Shown here one piece after another: positions 1 through 11,380 of a stretch of DNA of 64,000 nucleotides. The DNA is from Histomonas meleagridis 2922-C6/04-290x (Eukaryota > Protista > Parabasalia). The position numbers were made by a program, and so were the translations under genes. The stretch lies in NCBI GenBank assembly GCA_020184695.1, contig JAANOX010000207.1, forward strand, positions 186,001-250,000. The letters are read 5' to 3'. The notes beneath the pieces were generated by a model that saw only the letters and a list, made by a program, of their open reading frames with translations, was not told where the DNA came from and searched no databases. Within the stretch, counting starts at the first letter, position 1. Each line of letters begins with the position of its first letter.

Positions 1-830
1 TTTGTGACGTTTTTGTTATATAAAATACCATCTTCGTTATAATTGGAATAATTTGCGTTTTCGCTGGAAACTTTAATCATTTGAAGTTTGGAACAAAATG
101 AAAATGCAGAATCTCCAATTGTTGTTACTTTGTTTGGAATTGTAATATTTACTAATGATGTGCAATTATAAAATACAAAATTTCCAATTCTTTCAACATT
201 TTCTCCAATAAAAACTATTCTCAAACTAAAACATGAATAAAATGCAGAACTTCCAATTTCTGTTACTTTATTGGGAATTGTAATATTTACTAATGATGTG
301 CAATATGAAAATGCAGAATTTCCAATTTCTGTTACTTTGTTTGGAATTGTAATATTTAGTAATGATGTGCAATATGAAAATGCAGAAATTCCAATTCTTT
401 CAACATTTTCTCCAATTAAAACTATTCTCAAATTAGAACATGAATAAAATACATAATTTCCAATTTCTGTTACTTTGTTTGGAATTGTAATATTTACTAA
501 TGATGTGCAATATGAAAATGCAGAACTTCCAATTGTTGTTACATTTTCTCCAATAAAAACTATTCTCAAATTAGAACATGAATAAAATGCAGAATTTCCA
601 ATTGCAGTGATTGATTCATTCATTTTGATACTTTCCAAATTATTCCACTCTGAAAAACAATTATCTCCAATTCTAGTGATGGAACCTCCAATAATAATAT
701 GAATTGTTTCGTTTTTATATCATGTTATATTATTATAATCTGTTGAATTGGAAATATAAAGTGTTTTAGTTGAATTATCAAAAGTTGAGAATCCATTTGC
801 GAACAATAAAACAAAAAACACTAAAAACAA
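1..830 (-). pseudogene. BspA-like leucine-rich-repeat surface protein (TpLRR), runs off window start; in-frame TGA at 720-722
   Basis: Manual translation: LFLVFFVLLFANGFS...DYNNIT*YKNETIHIIIGG... then tandem IGxxAFxxCxSLxxITIPNKVT repeats down to base 1. The only candidate start is TTG at ~830. Confidence 0.85.
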
Positions 831-1842
831 ATTAATGTTTTTATGTCGCAAAAAAGTTTTCGATAAGTGAAATTTAATCAAAAACACAATAAATGAAACT
901 ATATAAGTGTTATCATTTCTAAAAAATGAAAAATTACTATCAATAATGAATTTATGAATTTTTGCCAAAAAAATGAAAATTTCTTTTTTTGTTTGCGTTA
1001 ATAATATGTTTTTTGATCGTATAAGGTATGTTTGGTAACATATTTCTTTTGATTTTACCAAAATGTTAGCAGATTGTTGATCATCAAATGTGTTGAAATT
1101 TTTGTTGTTAAAAAGATGAATAAATGGTGAAAAAGAACTTGCAGTAGTAGACGCAAAGTCACATTGGTTTTCTGTTTGATTTTGTTGGTGATGGAAATGT
1201 AAATGTTTATTAAAAACAAAGGTGAAAACTATTTTACTTGTAAAAATGAGAAGAATAAAAACTTGAATTCTTGGTGCTCTTAAAACAAAATGATGAGGTT
1301 TAATAAAGTACTTCAAAATTGTTGTTCTGTTTGGATTTGACATGGAAGGTCGTAGCCTATCGTTTCTGATCGCTTAGTCAATGCACCGTTCATTACGTCT
1401 TCAAAATTATGATTTTTTGTATGATGTCGATATATGATAAAAAACAAAAAAATGAGATTTTTCGAGTTCTACCTATTTCGTGAGATCTATTTTGTTTTGG
1501 AAGATATTCTTGTTTTAGTTTGGTAATAATTGAATAGAAAGTTATGGAAACATAAAAAAGGTTTGTGAATTGACTAACTTTATTCGAATTTTTGTCGAAC
1601 AAGGTATAAAGCGGTTTTGACATTTTGATTCGATTATTAAAAAATTACAAATTTATAACATTTCTTTCAGATCAATATTTTCATACAAACTTCCGTTTCA
1701 GCCTAAAATGACTTCATATAAACAAAGCATTGCGCAAGTACAATATCGTTGAGGAATGCGAAGCTGAAGTCGATTTGTTTGGCTGCAAATTGTTCACTTC
1801 TTTAACGAATATAAAAACAAAATTATTTCATTAGTTGAAAGT

Positions 1843-4800
1843 TTACTTCAGTGCGTTCTGGATGTAGATCATGAGCATCACCACATCTCTCGACTTCGAC
1901 ATGAACTTGGCCAAGTTCTTCCTTGTGTTTCCTGCGCCTGCGACATCGCCTGAGTTCAATTGCTGCACGAACATTGATAAGTTTTGTATCAATTCCTCCG
2001 GCACAGTTTCGTTCTTAAACGCTGCGTAGACGTATGGTAACTTTTGTTGTGCGTCTTGTATAGCCTTTTTAACTTGTGGTGTAATGTCAGGCTTCGATTC
2101 AATTGAGTCTATAATTGCCACAATTGAGTTAGCTAATGATTGATATTGTTGTGGCACTTCTTCAATTGTAGCTTTGTTACTAACTACTGGCTGAGCTTTT
2201 TGTTCTGGTGTTGCAACATTTGATGGTGAATGTGCTGGATTCATTGGTGGTGTAGCAACTTGTGGTGGAATAATATGTACTGGTGGTGGTGCATTAATTA
2301 CTGGTGGTGCCATTGGTGGTGGAGATATTGGTGGTGAAGTTGGTTGTGGTGGTGGCTGAGTAACTGGCATTACTTGTGCTATTGGTGGCTTGATAACTGC
2401 TGGTGGTGGAGCATTTATAACAGGTGTAATGGTGGGCGGCGGTTTGACAACGGTTGGGCCAACTCCTGGTGGTGGGGTGGTCCTCAGAGGAACGTTAACT
2501 GTGGGTGGTGGAACGTTAATTGTTGGGGGTGCCACAATTGTTGGCGTAACGGTCATTGGGGGCGGTGCAATATTTTGTGTATTATTTGGTACAACATATG
2601 TAGGACGTGATACATTAGGTCCATTCGGTACTTGATATGTAGGAACATTTTGAGGAGGAGGAGGAGTATTATTCATTGTAGGTGGTGGACCTATTGGTGG
2701 TTTATTATTTGGTATATAATTATGTGTAGTTGTAGGTGGAGGAGGAGGTAAATTGGATTGTTGTTGTGTTGTTGGTGGTACTGGAATTGCATGTCTTTGA
2801 TTTGGTATGAATACATTTGAGGGCGATGTAACGTTCTGAATATTTTGTGAGGGAATTGACGGTTGTTGTTGACGGACTTGTTTTGATGTTTGTTGATGTT
2901 GTAATGAATCTCCTTTAAGTGCAGCCTTTAATTCCAAAAGACTTTTATTGTCAGGCAAAGCATCGACGAATCTAATAGCATCATCCTTATGACCGCTTTG
3001 TATTACATGTTGTAAAAATGTTCTAGCGATATCAGAAACAACTTCACCAGCTTTAGGACCTACCATAGCACATAACTTTTCTAATACAAGTAATACTACT
3101 GAAGCACTTGAAGTATCTTTTTCAGTCTTTTCATAAATTTGGAAAAGACATTGTTGTATCATATCATATTGTTTTGCTGCTATAAAGCAAAGGAGTGCAG
3201 ATTTATAATCATTTTGTTCAGCAATTAATCTTCTACCTAAATGTGCTGACAAAGATTCGAATTGATCTTTTGCATGATTACAAAGGATTGCGAATATTTC
3301 TTTCCAATCCTTAATCTTTGCATATCTTACTAAGTTATCCAATTTATTCTCTGATATTTGTGATATTAATCTCGTAAGTGGAGTATTACTTAATCTAATA
3401 TATCTTTGACGTGCAGCTTCAAATATTTCTGATGAACCACAAGAAGCTATTAATAATGCATCTGCATATTTCTCTGAGTTAAAAGCGCAATTTATAGCCT
3501 CTTCTAAATTACCAGTAACTATAGCTTGAGCTATAAGATTTGCTGCTTTATCATCTTTAGCTTTAGGTAATACTCTAAATGGACTAAAGACATCACCAAA
3601 TACTTCAGCATCTGCTTGTGATGTACCACCGAATATACTATTGTCAATATCATTTGTCGTGTTACCAAATAAATTACTACTTGAGTCTGCATCTTCAACA
3701 GATTGATTTGGCTTAACAATCGGAGCCATTAATTCCGAGAAATTCTTCTTCTCAAAGCCTAATGACTTTAACGCATTCGATTTAAATGTTTCGGAATTCA
3801 TCGCAAGTTGCGTTATTTCCCATAATTCTTTCTCTGTATTGTCTTCACTACTTTGGATCTTATCGTTGACAAATTGTTCCATATTGTTCTTCTCTAGCGC
3901 ATCAATTAGGTTAACAAAGTCATCCGCTTCTGCAATTTGTTCCTGATGAATGAAACTACGAATCGTCTTATCATGGAAATGAAAGATTCGACCATCAAAG
4001 GCAACGTCGACGCCTGAGTTACGCTGATGATATTTGACTAAAGGAAGTTTCGTCGATTGTCCAAGTGTCGGATCTGCAAATGAATATAATTGCGTATTGT
4101 TCAAACTTGAAGCCAACAACGCGCCGTGGATGAATGGTGACCACGACAAATGTGTCACCGCTGACGTGGACTCGAAAATAGACGAAAGTTGTTCTCCGGT
4201 TTCAATATTCCATGAAATGATATTTCCGTCTTTTCCACCAGAAATAAGAATCCTGGAGTCTGATGATGGCCATTCGAGCTTAGAAACACCAGAGCTATGC
4301 CCATGAAGTTTCTTATATGGTTCGGTGATATTTCGAAGATCCCATAACGATATCACGGAATTACGGGAATCGTTGGAAGCGGTGGCTAAGAGAGTAGAGT
4401 TCGATGGGGAAAATGCAATATCTGATAATGAAGATTTGAATGTCGAATCTGCAAAACTATGCGTGGATCGATTGGAACGAAGATCCCAAACAACACAGAG
4501 ACCTGTGGAGTCACAAAGGCCAAATATTGACGATAATGAGGATTTGGGATGCCACGAAACGGCAGTGATTTCACCTTGGACGACTCTGTTTGTGATGCCT
4601 GAGGAACATCGTTTTCCTGCTTTTGGATTTGTAAGGTCCCAAATTGATACGGTGTTATCTGATGATATTGATAATAAGACATTTGTTTGATTACGATTGA
4701 ATGAAAGGCAGGTGATTGGCTGCTTATGGTATGAAAGCGTGCTGAGGATTTCCTTTTCTGATGGGGAATATAATGTGATGTTACCATCGTTATGACCAGT

Positions 4801-5043
4801 GGCTATTACGCCAAGATCTAAAGCACGTGTGACTGACCAATCTAATGTGGTTATTGGCGAAGAGACATCAAACGTGTGATATGTTTCTGTGGTTGGTGTT
4901 AAGCCGAGGAAATTGAATCGAGATAATGTTAACGAGGGTGATTGTGTCTCTTGCGGAGTTGTCGCCGCGGCAAAAAGTCGTGCTTCATCTCGGAAAGGAC
5001 ACCATGTTACGATGTTGGGTTGTTCTGATAGCCAAACCTTCAT
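1843..5043 (-). CDS. SEC31: COPII coat subunit Sec31 (WD40 propeller, alpha-solenoid, Pro-rich region, C-terminal helical domain)
   Basis: 1093-aa ORF with WD40 repeats (LATASND, SLWDLR), long Pro-rich stretch and helical C-terminus. Likely start is MKVWLSEQ at 5043, matching the MKV/MKL start of Sec31 proteins. Confidence 0.9.
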   Translation of the reverse strand: MKVWLSEQPNIVTWCPFRDEARLFAAATTPQETQSPSLTLSRFNFLGLTPTTETYHTFDVSSPITTLDWSVTRALDLGVIATGHNDGNITLYSPSEKEILSTLSYHKQPITCLSFNRNQTNVLLSISSDNTVSIWDLTNPKAGKRCSSGITNRVVQGEITAVSWHPKSSLSSIFGLCDSTGLCVVWDLRSNRSTHSFADSTFKSSLSDIAFSPSNSTLLATASNDSRNSVISLWDLRNITEPYKKLHGHSSGVSKLEWPSSDSRILISGGKDGNIISWNIETGEQLSSIFESTSAVTHLSWSPFIHGALLASSLNNTQLYSFADPTLGQSTKLPLVKYHQRNSGVDVAFDGRIFHFHDKTIRSFIHQEQIAEADDFVNLIDALEKNNMEQFVNDKIQSSEDNTEKELWEITQLAMNSETFKSNALKSLGFEKKNFSELMAPIVKPNQSVEDADSSSNLFGNTTNDIDNSIFGGTSQADAEVFGDVFSPFRVLPKAKDDKAANLIAQAIVTGNLEEAINCAFNSEKYADALLIASCGSSEIFEAARQRYIRLSNTPLTRLISQISENKLDNLVRYAKIKDWKEIFAILCNHAKDQFESLSAHLGRRLIAEQNDYKSALLCFIAAKQYDMIQQCLFQIYEKTEKDTSSASVVLLVLEKLCAMVGPKAGEVVSDIARTFLQHVIQSGHKDDAIRFVDALPDNKSLLELKAALKGDSLQHQQTSKQVRQQQPSIPSQNIQNVTSPSNVFIPNQRHAIPVPPTTQQQSNLPPPPPTTTHNYIPNNKPPIGPPPTMNNTPPPPQNVPTYQVPNGPNVSRPTYVVPNNTQNIAPPPMTVTPTIVAPPTINVPPPTVNVPLRTTPPPGVGPTVVKPPPTITPVINAPPPAVIKPPIAQVMPVTQPPPQPTSPPISPPPMAPPVINAPPPVHIIPPQVATPPMNPAHSPSNVATPEQKAQPVVSNKATIEEVPQQYQSLANSIVAIIDSIESKPDITPQVKKAIQDAQQKLPYVYAAFKNETVPEELIQNLSMFVQQLNSGDVAGAGNTRKNLAKFMSKSRDVVMLMIYIQNALK

Positions 5044-5612
5044 ACTGCCTAAATGTGAACGGTTATGACAGCCCAAAAGTAAAGCGGCCAAATAACAGCT
5101 AACAGACTCTGTCAATTGACTCATTCGAACCTTTTCATATGTATCGTTCTATCGTTTCACAGAATTTATAAAATGAATTTATCTTTTTAACAAATGATAA
5201 TTAACGTTTTCTGTTGAATAAAAACATAATAAAAATTTAAATTGTTATGTTATATCTGTTTGATTTCATGATAAAAGTCATTTCTGTGTGAATGTCCCAA
5301 AAGTTTGTGTTTGTGTACTATTTGATCGATAACTGCAGACTACGGCCAAATATATTCTCAAATTTAATATCGGAGAAACTTAATGATTTTGAGTTTATTC
5401 ACAAGAACTTGAACACCTTTAGTTAGTGCACATGTTTTCTCATTAGGATTAAGAATTTAAACAAAGCAATTTTGGACAAAATGATTAAATGTTTAATTGG
5501 CTGGCTGGATAATGAATTCCGATCAATATCAATTCAAATATCAACTTTTTTAATGGTTTTCCTTAGAAAAATATTTAAGAAATGTGATGTAAAAAATAAA
5601 GTTTCAATGCAA

Positions 5613-5634
5613 TAACCGCTGAAGGCCGGCCTTT
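5613..5634 (+). promoter_or_regulatory. M5-type (CCTTT) initiator with an upstream AACCG motif before the RPS27 ATG
   Basis: TAACCGCT at 5613 and CCTTT at 5630-5634, 6 nt before the ATG. CCTTT (M5) is the described alternative initiator of Trichomonas ribosomal protein genes. Confidence 0.6.
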
Positions 5635-5639
5635 CCTTA

Positions 5640-5900
5640 ATGAGTACACTCGACTGTGATATTCTTCACCCATCAATCGAAAAAGAAAAACACACATGCA
5701 AGAAGAAGACACTTATCCCAAACCCACGTTCTGAATTTGTTTCACTTCGTTGCCCATCTTGCATGAATGTTACAACAGCATTTTCTCATTCACACATCCC
5801 TGTTTATTGCGAAGAATGTAATACTACACTTGCCTACCCAACTGGCGGTCGTATCAAACTTGCAGAAAACGTTGAATGCCGCTCAAAGATCTCGGCTTAA
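5640..5900 (+). CDS. RPS27: 40S ribosomal protein S27e
   Basis: 86 aa; DILHPS...KKKTLIPNPRSEF..RCPSC...AFSHS...VYCEEC.TTLAYPTGGR zinc-ribbon pattern. Confidence 0.95.
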   Translation: MSTLDCDILHPSIEKEKHTCKKKTLIPNPRSEFVSLRCPSCMNVTTAFSHSHIPVYCEECNTTLAYPTGGRIKLAENVECRSKISA

Positions 5901-6454
5901 ATTTCTAAAGATTAAATGAAAAATTCTATTTTTTTTTATCATGATAATTGGTAAGGATAAAATACCTGCAAATGAATTCAATTGAAAAATTTTAATTAAT
6001 GACAAAAATGTTTTTCAATGTAATCAAATTTTGTCATTGTGTGAACATGTTTCTCCTGTTTTATGTGCAAGTTCGCTTATTTTTTTTTTTGTTGGATGTC
6101 ACAATACTGCGTTATTCAGAACCGCAAAAACTTGGACACTTTTTGAATATAATTTTATTCAAATTAACTGTGTACCTGCCCAAAAAACACCGAAACGAAC
6201 GATCTTTCTCGCAATTTTGAATAGTTTATTATTTTATTTTCTCGAGAATAAAACATAAAGATCTTTTTTTTTTTAATCAAAAATTTTAATTAATACATTT
6301 TTAAAATTACCCGAAAGTCTATTTTATTGTAATATAACATCTGTTTCAAATTGTAATCATTATAACATAAGAAAAACAAAAAAATAAATTTGAGAGTTGT
6401 TTGCAAACCTAAATAAAATTCACAAATAACCTTTTGAACACTTTAGTCACTAAA

Positions 6455-7003
6455 ATGGAATCACCAAAACTTAAACTCCTAAGCATTGGCGGAGGTGCCG
6501 TTGGTAAGACATCTCTCACTTTGCAATGGATAAAAGGAGAATTCTCTGAGAGTTATACACCAACTATTGAAGAGATGTTTGAAAAAAACGTTGAAATAGA
6601 TGGGAAAAAATATGATGTCGAAATCACTGATACAGCAGGTCAAGATGAGTTTGCTTCAATGAAGTATCGTTATATTTCACCTTCACAAGGATTTCTTTTT
6701 GTTTTCTCAATAACTGAAGAAAAATCATTTAGCGAATTACCAGGACTTTATAAAGAAGTAACTGATGCAAAAGAAACAACCTCGGTTCCTTGTGTTGTAG
6801 CTGGAAATAAAGCTGATTTAAGAGACGATACATCAATTCCATCTCAAAAAGGTGAGCAAATGGCTCAAAAGTTCCATACAAAATACTTCGAAACTTCTGC
6901 AAAGGAAGGGTTAAACGTTAATGAAACTTTCATTTTCTTGATCAAACAATGTCTTACTACAAATAAGACATCTACCGGGGGTGGATGTTGCCAAATCCAA
7001 TAG
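6455..7003 (+). CDS. Ras-subfamily small GTPase
   Basis: GGGAVGKT, YTPTIEE effector loop, DTAGQ, NKAD, ETSAK, C-terminal CCQIQ prenylation motif. ATG at 6455 is preceded by the Inr TCACT (6447-6451). Confidence 0.93.
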   Translation: MESPKLKLLSIGGGAVGKTSLTLQWIKGEFSESYTPTIEEMFEKNVEIDGKKYDVEITDTAGQDEFASMKYRYISPSQGFLFVFSITEEKSFSELPGLYKEVTDAKETTSVPCVVAGNKADLRDDTSIPSQKGEQMAQKFHTKYFETSAKEGLNVNETFIFLIKQCLTTNKTSTGGGCCQIQ

Positions 7004-7640
7004 AATATTAGAATAAATATTATCAACCGAATTCGTTTGACTTTAAAAATATAATTTTTGTTCAATAAACCAATTTTTCTTAGTCACTTTATAATCGGAT
7101 GCCAAAACAAATATTTGTTGTTGAGTTAAATTTGAATATATATAACTATCTTTTCTTTTTAATTGATTCGTGTAATCTTTGTTTTAATGACTCAAAAAAC
7201 ATTCATTCAGAATTTTTAACCAGATGTAATTTTGCTTAACATTTTGCATAAATTTATGATATCATTTTTATAATATCATGTTAAAGTTTAAATGTAAATT
7301 GGGTTTAAATATTTTAAGTTTATAATCAATTTTAGTATAATATTAAAATATTTGTACATTATCCAGATATCCTGAAGAAAATTTAATGAAAACACCTAAT
7401 AAACATATAAAAATTTAATCATCAGTTCGACAAAGGTTTCCTTGATAAAAAGTTTTTATATTATATAAAATCATAATATTGCATATTTTCTTTGTAAAAA
7501 TATGGTTTTATTATCAAAATCATTTTTATGAAGATATTTATAAATTTTTATCTTTAATTCAATAGTTTATATGTATTTTGAGTTCAAAATGATCGACTTT
7601 TAATTATTTGGCTTGGGTTGAAACTTACACATGTATTTAG

Positions 7641-8651
7641 TTATTGTTGTGTAAGAGTTAATCTCATTTGATACCATACCACATTTCCATGCACTGATTG
7701 TGATATTCCTTCATTTATGAAACCGAACTTTTCATAATAATGAATTAGTTTATCTTTGCAAGTCAACACTAAGCCATTTCTATTCTGTTTTCTTGCTTCA
7801 TCAATAAATTTATACATTAACACGGCAGCACAGCCTTGATTACGATATGAAGGAATTGTATCTAATCCAAATATCATTTGCCATTTGCCTTTTTCATCAT
7901 GCAAACTAGCATCATCATACATCTCATCTCGTAAATCAGGTTCATTTGTGACCAGTCCATTAATAAAACCAATGATTTTATCATTATCGAGTAAAAGTAA
8001 AAAGTGACTCGAGTACGATAGTAACCGTTTTTCAATGCTTTCTTTTGATGCGGCTTCTGCTTTGGGGAAACAAAGTGATTCAACTTCACTTATTGGTTCA
8101 AGATCACTTATGGTAGCGTAACGCATTTTCCAAGTTGATTTAATATGATACCATTTTAATGCTTCAGATTCTATTTGATTCAAAAATTTGGATTTATTTG
8201 AATTATATGATGATACCCCATTAGCAGGCTCTTCAGAAATCTTTGTTTTGAGTTGATTATATTCATGAAATGCTTTGGAATTGACTTGAAGATAATCACG
8301 AACTGCTAAATACCTTTCAATTTGAGAAATATTGTCTTCTTGGAAAAGGTAAACATGGTAAGAACAATCAGTACAAACTTTTTGGAAAAATTTTTGAGTT
8401 GAAATTTCTTTATCTTCATAAAATTCATATCCAATTTTTTTTAATTCTTTTGTATAAAGTTCACCATCAGAATTTTTTTTGACAACTATGATTATGTCTA
8501 TAACTGGATTTGCTTGAAGCAATGGAATACATGTGCTACCAATATGATGAATTTCAATAAAACTTTCCCCTAGCGTTTCTTTTATATTTTTAGATTCAAC
8601 TAAATACATTTGTTGCCATTTAGGATGAAATTTTGCAGCATTTACTTTCAT
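7641..8651 (-). CDS. GrpB (UPF0157, nucleotidyltransferase-fold) domain fused to a bacterial-type GNAT acetyltransferase
   Basis: N-half HIGSTCIPLLQANPVIDI...RYLAVRDYL...YNQLK; C-half CFPKAEAASKESIEKRL...GFING...QMIFGLDTIPSYRNQGCA...LTCKDKLIHYYEKFGF. First ATG at 8651. Confidence 0.85.
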   Translation of the reverse strand: MKVNAAKFHPKWQQMYLVESKNIKETLGESFIEIHHIGSTCIPLLQANPVIDIIIVVKKNSDGELYTKELKKIGYEFYEDKEISTQKFFQKVCTDCSYHVYLFQEDNISQIERYLAVRDYLQVNSKAFHEYNQLKTKISEEPANGVSSYNSNKSKFLNQIESEALKWYHIKSTWKMRYATISDLEPISEVESLCFPKAEAASKESIEKRLLSYSSHFLLLLDNDKIIGFINGLVTNEPDLRDEMYDDASLHDEKGKWQMIFGLDTIPSYRNQGCAAVLMYKFIDEARKQNRNGLVLTCKDKLIHYYEKFGFINEGISQSVHGNVVWYQMRLTLTQQ

Positions 8652-9284
8652 GGCTTTTTGGCCACAAAGGTGCACCCTAAAATTCAATTGAGGGTGTTTT
8701 GATCGTCCAGGACGATCAATCTGTTTACTTTTTCACTCGTACAAATCAAAATCTTTAAATTGAAAGAAAAAAATTTTGAGTTATCAATCGAACAAACAAT
8801 GAAGTTATTTGATTCAAATTTTTCAAATTCGTTTAATTTTGCTATATGTAATTTTGTTTACTATTCTTTTGTTTCACGAAAGAAACGAAGTGATATTTAT
8901 ATAAAATAAATTTTTATATGACCACACAAATGAGTCAGTATACTGTAATTCACTTAAGATTTTCTTTAAAAGGAAAAGCATTGCTATAACATTACATAAA
9001 AAAACATTTAATTAAAAATTTAAATATTTTTCTATTCATTAAATGATGGTATAACATAATTATTTAAATAATTTTTTTGCAAAAATATTAGGCATATATT
9101 AAAATTATTCAAACATATAATAATATAATGAATATTCTTCTTCTGAGAGTATATATTCAATCTAGTAGTTGATGCTGAAATTGCTTGTTCCCAAATTTCA
9201 TTATACAATAATTAAACTCTATAATATAATTTAATTCATAAGTTTTTCATATTTCTTTTATTATATAAAAATACGAAAATTTGA

Positions 9285-9292
9285 AAAGTGAC
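9285..9292 (+). promoter_or_regulatory. AAAGTGAC motif (M2-type trichomonad promoter motif); also at 23367-23374 and, reversed, at 39849-39856
   Basis: Exact 8-mer 50-80 nt upstream of CPSF73, Rab and Vps4 starts; matches my recollection of the T. vaginalis M2 motif. Confidence 0.45.
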
Positions 9293-9353
9293 AGATGACC
9301 CAAAGCTTTGAAAATGTCGTATCGTTTAAATTGAGGCTTGAACAAAATTCACA

Positions 9354-11348
9354 ATGCAAGAAATCCCAATTGGCGATGATACACTTACTATCACCCCACT
9401 TGGGGCAGGACAAGAAGTAGGAAGAAGTTGCATTGTACTTAAATATCGAGGTCATACAATTATGCTAGATTGTGGAGTTCATCCTGGATATATGGAAACT
9501 GTTGGTCTCCCATTTTTTGATGCAATTAATCCAGCAGATGTTGATCTCTTACTTATCACACACTTTCATATCGATCATTGCGCAGCAGTACCATGGTTTT
9601 TAACTCAAACAAATTTCCATGGCAAATGTTACATGACTCCACTCACAAAATCTATATTCAAAATTCTCCTTCAAGATTATGTACGTCTATCTAGTGGAAG
9701 TGGCGAACAATATTTATTCAACAAAATGGATCTTGATAATTGTTTACCAATGATTATGGTTGCTAACAATCGTCAAACAATTACATACAACGGTATCAAA
9801 ATTTGTTGTTACCAAGCAGGACATGTTTTAGGTGCTTGCATGTGGATGGTTGAAATTGATGGTGTCCGAGTTTTATACACAGGAGACTTTTCCCTTGAAG
9901 ACGAACGGCATCTTAAAGGCGCGGAAATCCCACCAGTTACTCCAGATGTCCTAATTATCGAAAGTACGCATGGAATATCTCGAAATGAAGGACGGTTTGA
10001 ACGTGAATATCGTTTCATAGAATATGTAACAAAGATTGTTGAACGTGGTGGAAGATGTCTTATCCCTATTTTTGCACTTGGTCGTGTTCAAGAGATCTTA
10101 TTAATTCTTGATGAGTTTTGGGACACTAATCCACGTCTTCATTCTGTTCAAATATACTATGGGTCAAACCTTGCTAAGAAAGCCATGCAAGTTTATAACA
10201 ATTTCATTGGTGCAGCAAATGAAGGCAAGATTACAGGCCAAGGAAATTTCAAATTTAAATACATCAAATATGTCAAAAGTGTTGAAGAAATCAACGACAC
10301 ATTTCCTTGTGTTGTCCTTGCAGCACCAGCCATGCTTCAAAATGGAATGAGTCGAACATTATTTGATCGTTGGGCTTCAAATCCATTAAATGGGGTCATC
10401 ATTCCTGGATATACAGTCGAGAACACATTAGCTAAGGATCTCTTTTCTGAGCCTAAAGAAGTTCCAACAATGAACGGCAACATGATTCCTCGAAAAATTT
10501 CAATACATAACGTCTCCTTTTCGGGGCACTCCGATTTTACGCACACTTCACAATTCATCAAAGCGCTTCAAGTCAAAAGAATTATATTAGTTCATGGTGC
10601 TTCGACTGAAATGGAACGTCTACGTGATCGGTTAACCAAAGATTTTGCATATTTAGGAGTTGAAGTATATGCACCAGGAGATTGTGAAACAGCTCAATTT
10701 GAATTTAAATCTAATCCAACTGCCCTTGTAGATGGTTCTTTGATTGAATGTAAGGATCATTTAACGGGGTTAATAGTTCGAAAAGATTTTAATCATATCA
10801 TAGTATCTCCAAATGAACTTAGTAAATTCTCATCGTTGAAGCCTTTAACGATTTCAATGAAGATCCAACAAAAATTAACACGACCATTATCAGATTACAA
10901 AGAGTTTTTAGCACGACATTTTGGAAGCGTATTACAAGTACAACCCGAAATGTTACAAATCGGGAAATTTTTGAAGATTGAACAAAAGGATCAAAATAGT
11001 TTTACATTAGAGTGGGATACTGATCCTATGAGTGACATGATTGCGGACAATGTGGCGATGATGTTAATGTCTTATGATCCAACGAGTGTCAAAGAAGAGC
11101 CGAATGATTTGTTCTTGCAAAAACTACAATCGGTTCTACAGTCGCGCTGGGGCAACGTGGAATATGATCAAGATTCACAGTACCTACAGCTGACTGTGAA
11201 AGATGTCGACGTGTTCATAACATTTGACCCGGACCAAGAAAATGGTATAATCATAGAGTGTAACAACGATGAAATAACAAAGACAATTAACGAACTTGCG
11301 GCTCCTTTATATAACTTGACAAAACCAATGACTTTTCCAGAAAGGTAA
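9354..11348 (+). CDS. CPSF3: Cleavage and polyadenylation endonuclease CPSF73/Ysh1 (MBL-beta-CASP)
   Basis: PLGAGQEVGRSC, DCGVHPG, HFHIDH, AGHVLGA, YTGDFS, FALGRVQE, SFSGHSD, VHG motifs; 664 aa. Confidence 0.93.
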   Translation: MQEIPIGDDTLTITPLGAGQEVGRSCIVLKYRGHTIMLDCGVHPGYMETVGLPFFDAINPADVDLLLITHFHIDHCAAVPWFLTQTNFHGKCYMTPLTKSIFKILLQDYVRLSSGSGEQYLFNKMDLDNCLPMIMVANNRQTITYNGIKICCYQAGHVLGACMWMVEIDGVRVLYTGDFSLEDERHLKGAEIPPVTPDVLIIESTHGISRNEGRFEREYRFIEYVTKIVERGGRCLIPIFALGRVQEILLILDEFWDTNPRLHSVQIYYGSNLAKKAMQVYNNFIGAANEGKITGQGNFKFKYIKYVKSVEEINDTFPCVVLAAPAMLQNGMSRTLFDRWASNPLNGVIIPGYTVENTLAKDLFSEPKEVPTMNGNMIPRKISIHNVSFSGHSDFTHTSQFIKALQVKRIILVHGASTEMERLRDRLTKDFAYLGVEVYAPGDCETAQFEFKSNPTALVDGSLIECKDHLTGLIVRKDFNHIIVSPNELSKFSSLKPLTISMKIQQKLTRPLSDYKEFLARHFGSVLQVQPEMLQIGKFLKIEQKDQNSFTLEWDTDPMSDMIADNVAMMLMSYDPTSVKEEPNDLFLQKLQSVLQSRWGNVEYDQDSQYLQLTVKDVDVFITFDPDQENGIIIECNNDEITKTINELAAPLYNLTKPMTFPER

Positions 11349-11380
11349 ACTAAACTTATTTGCTAATAAATAATAAAATT

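Noticed and set aside
720-722. Stop-codon reassignment or readthrough (in-frame TGA 720, TAG 21023, TAG 32764, TAA 48791)
   Set aside because: All three stops terminate intact genes here (RPS27 TAA, Ras TAG, Rab TGA), the in-frame stops are of mixed type and lie in multicopy or fragmentary genes, and Gln uses CAA normally.
2344-2635. Plus-strand Gly/Trp-rich ORFs
   Set aside because: They are antisense shadows of the Sec31 Pro-rich region; the same applies to antisense ORFs over Sir2, Hsp70, Vps4 and synapsin-like.
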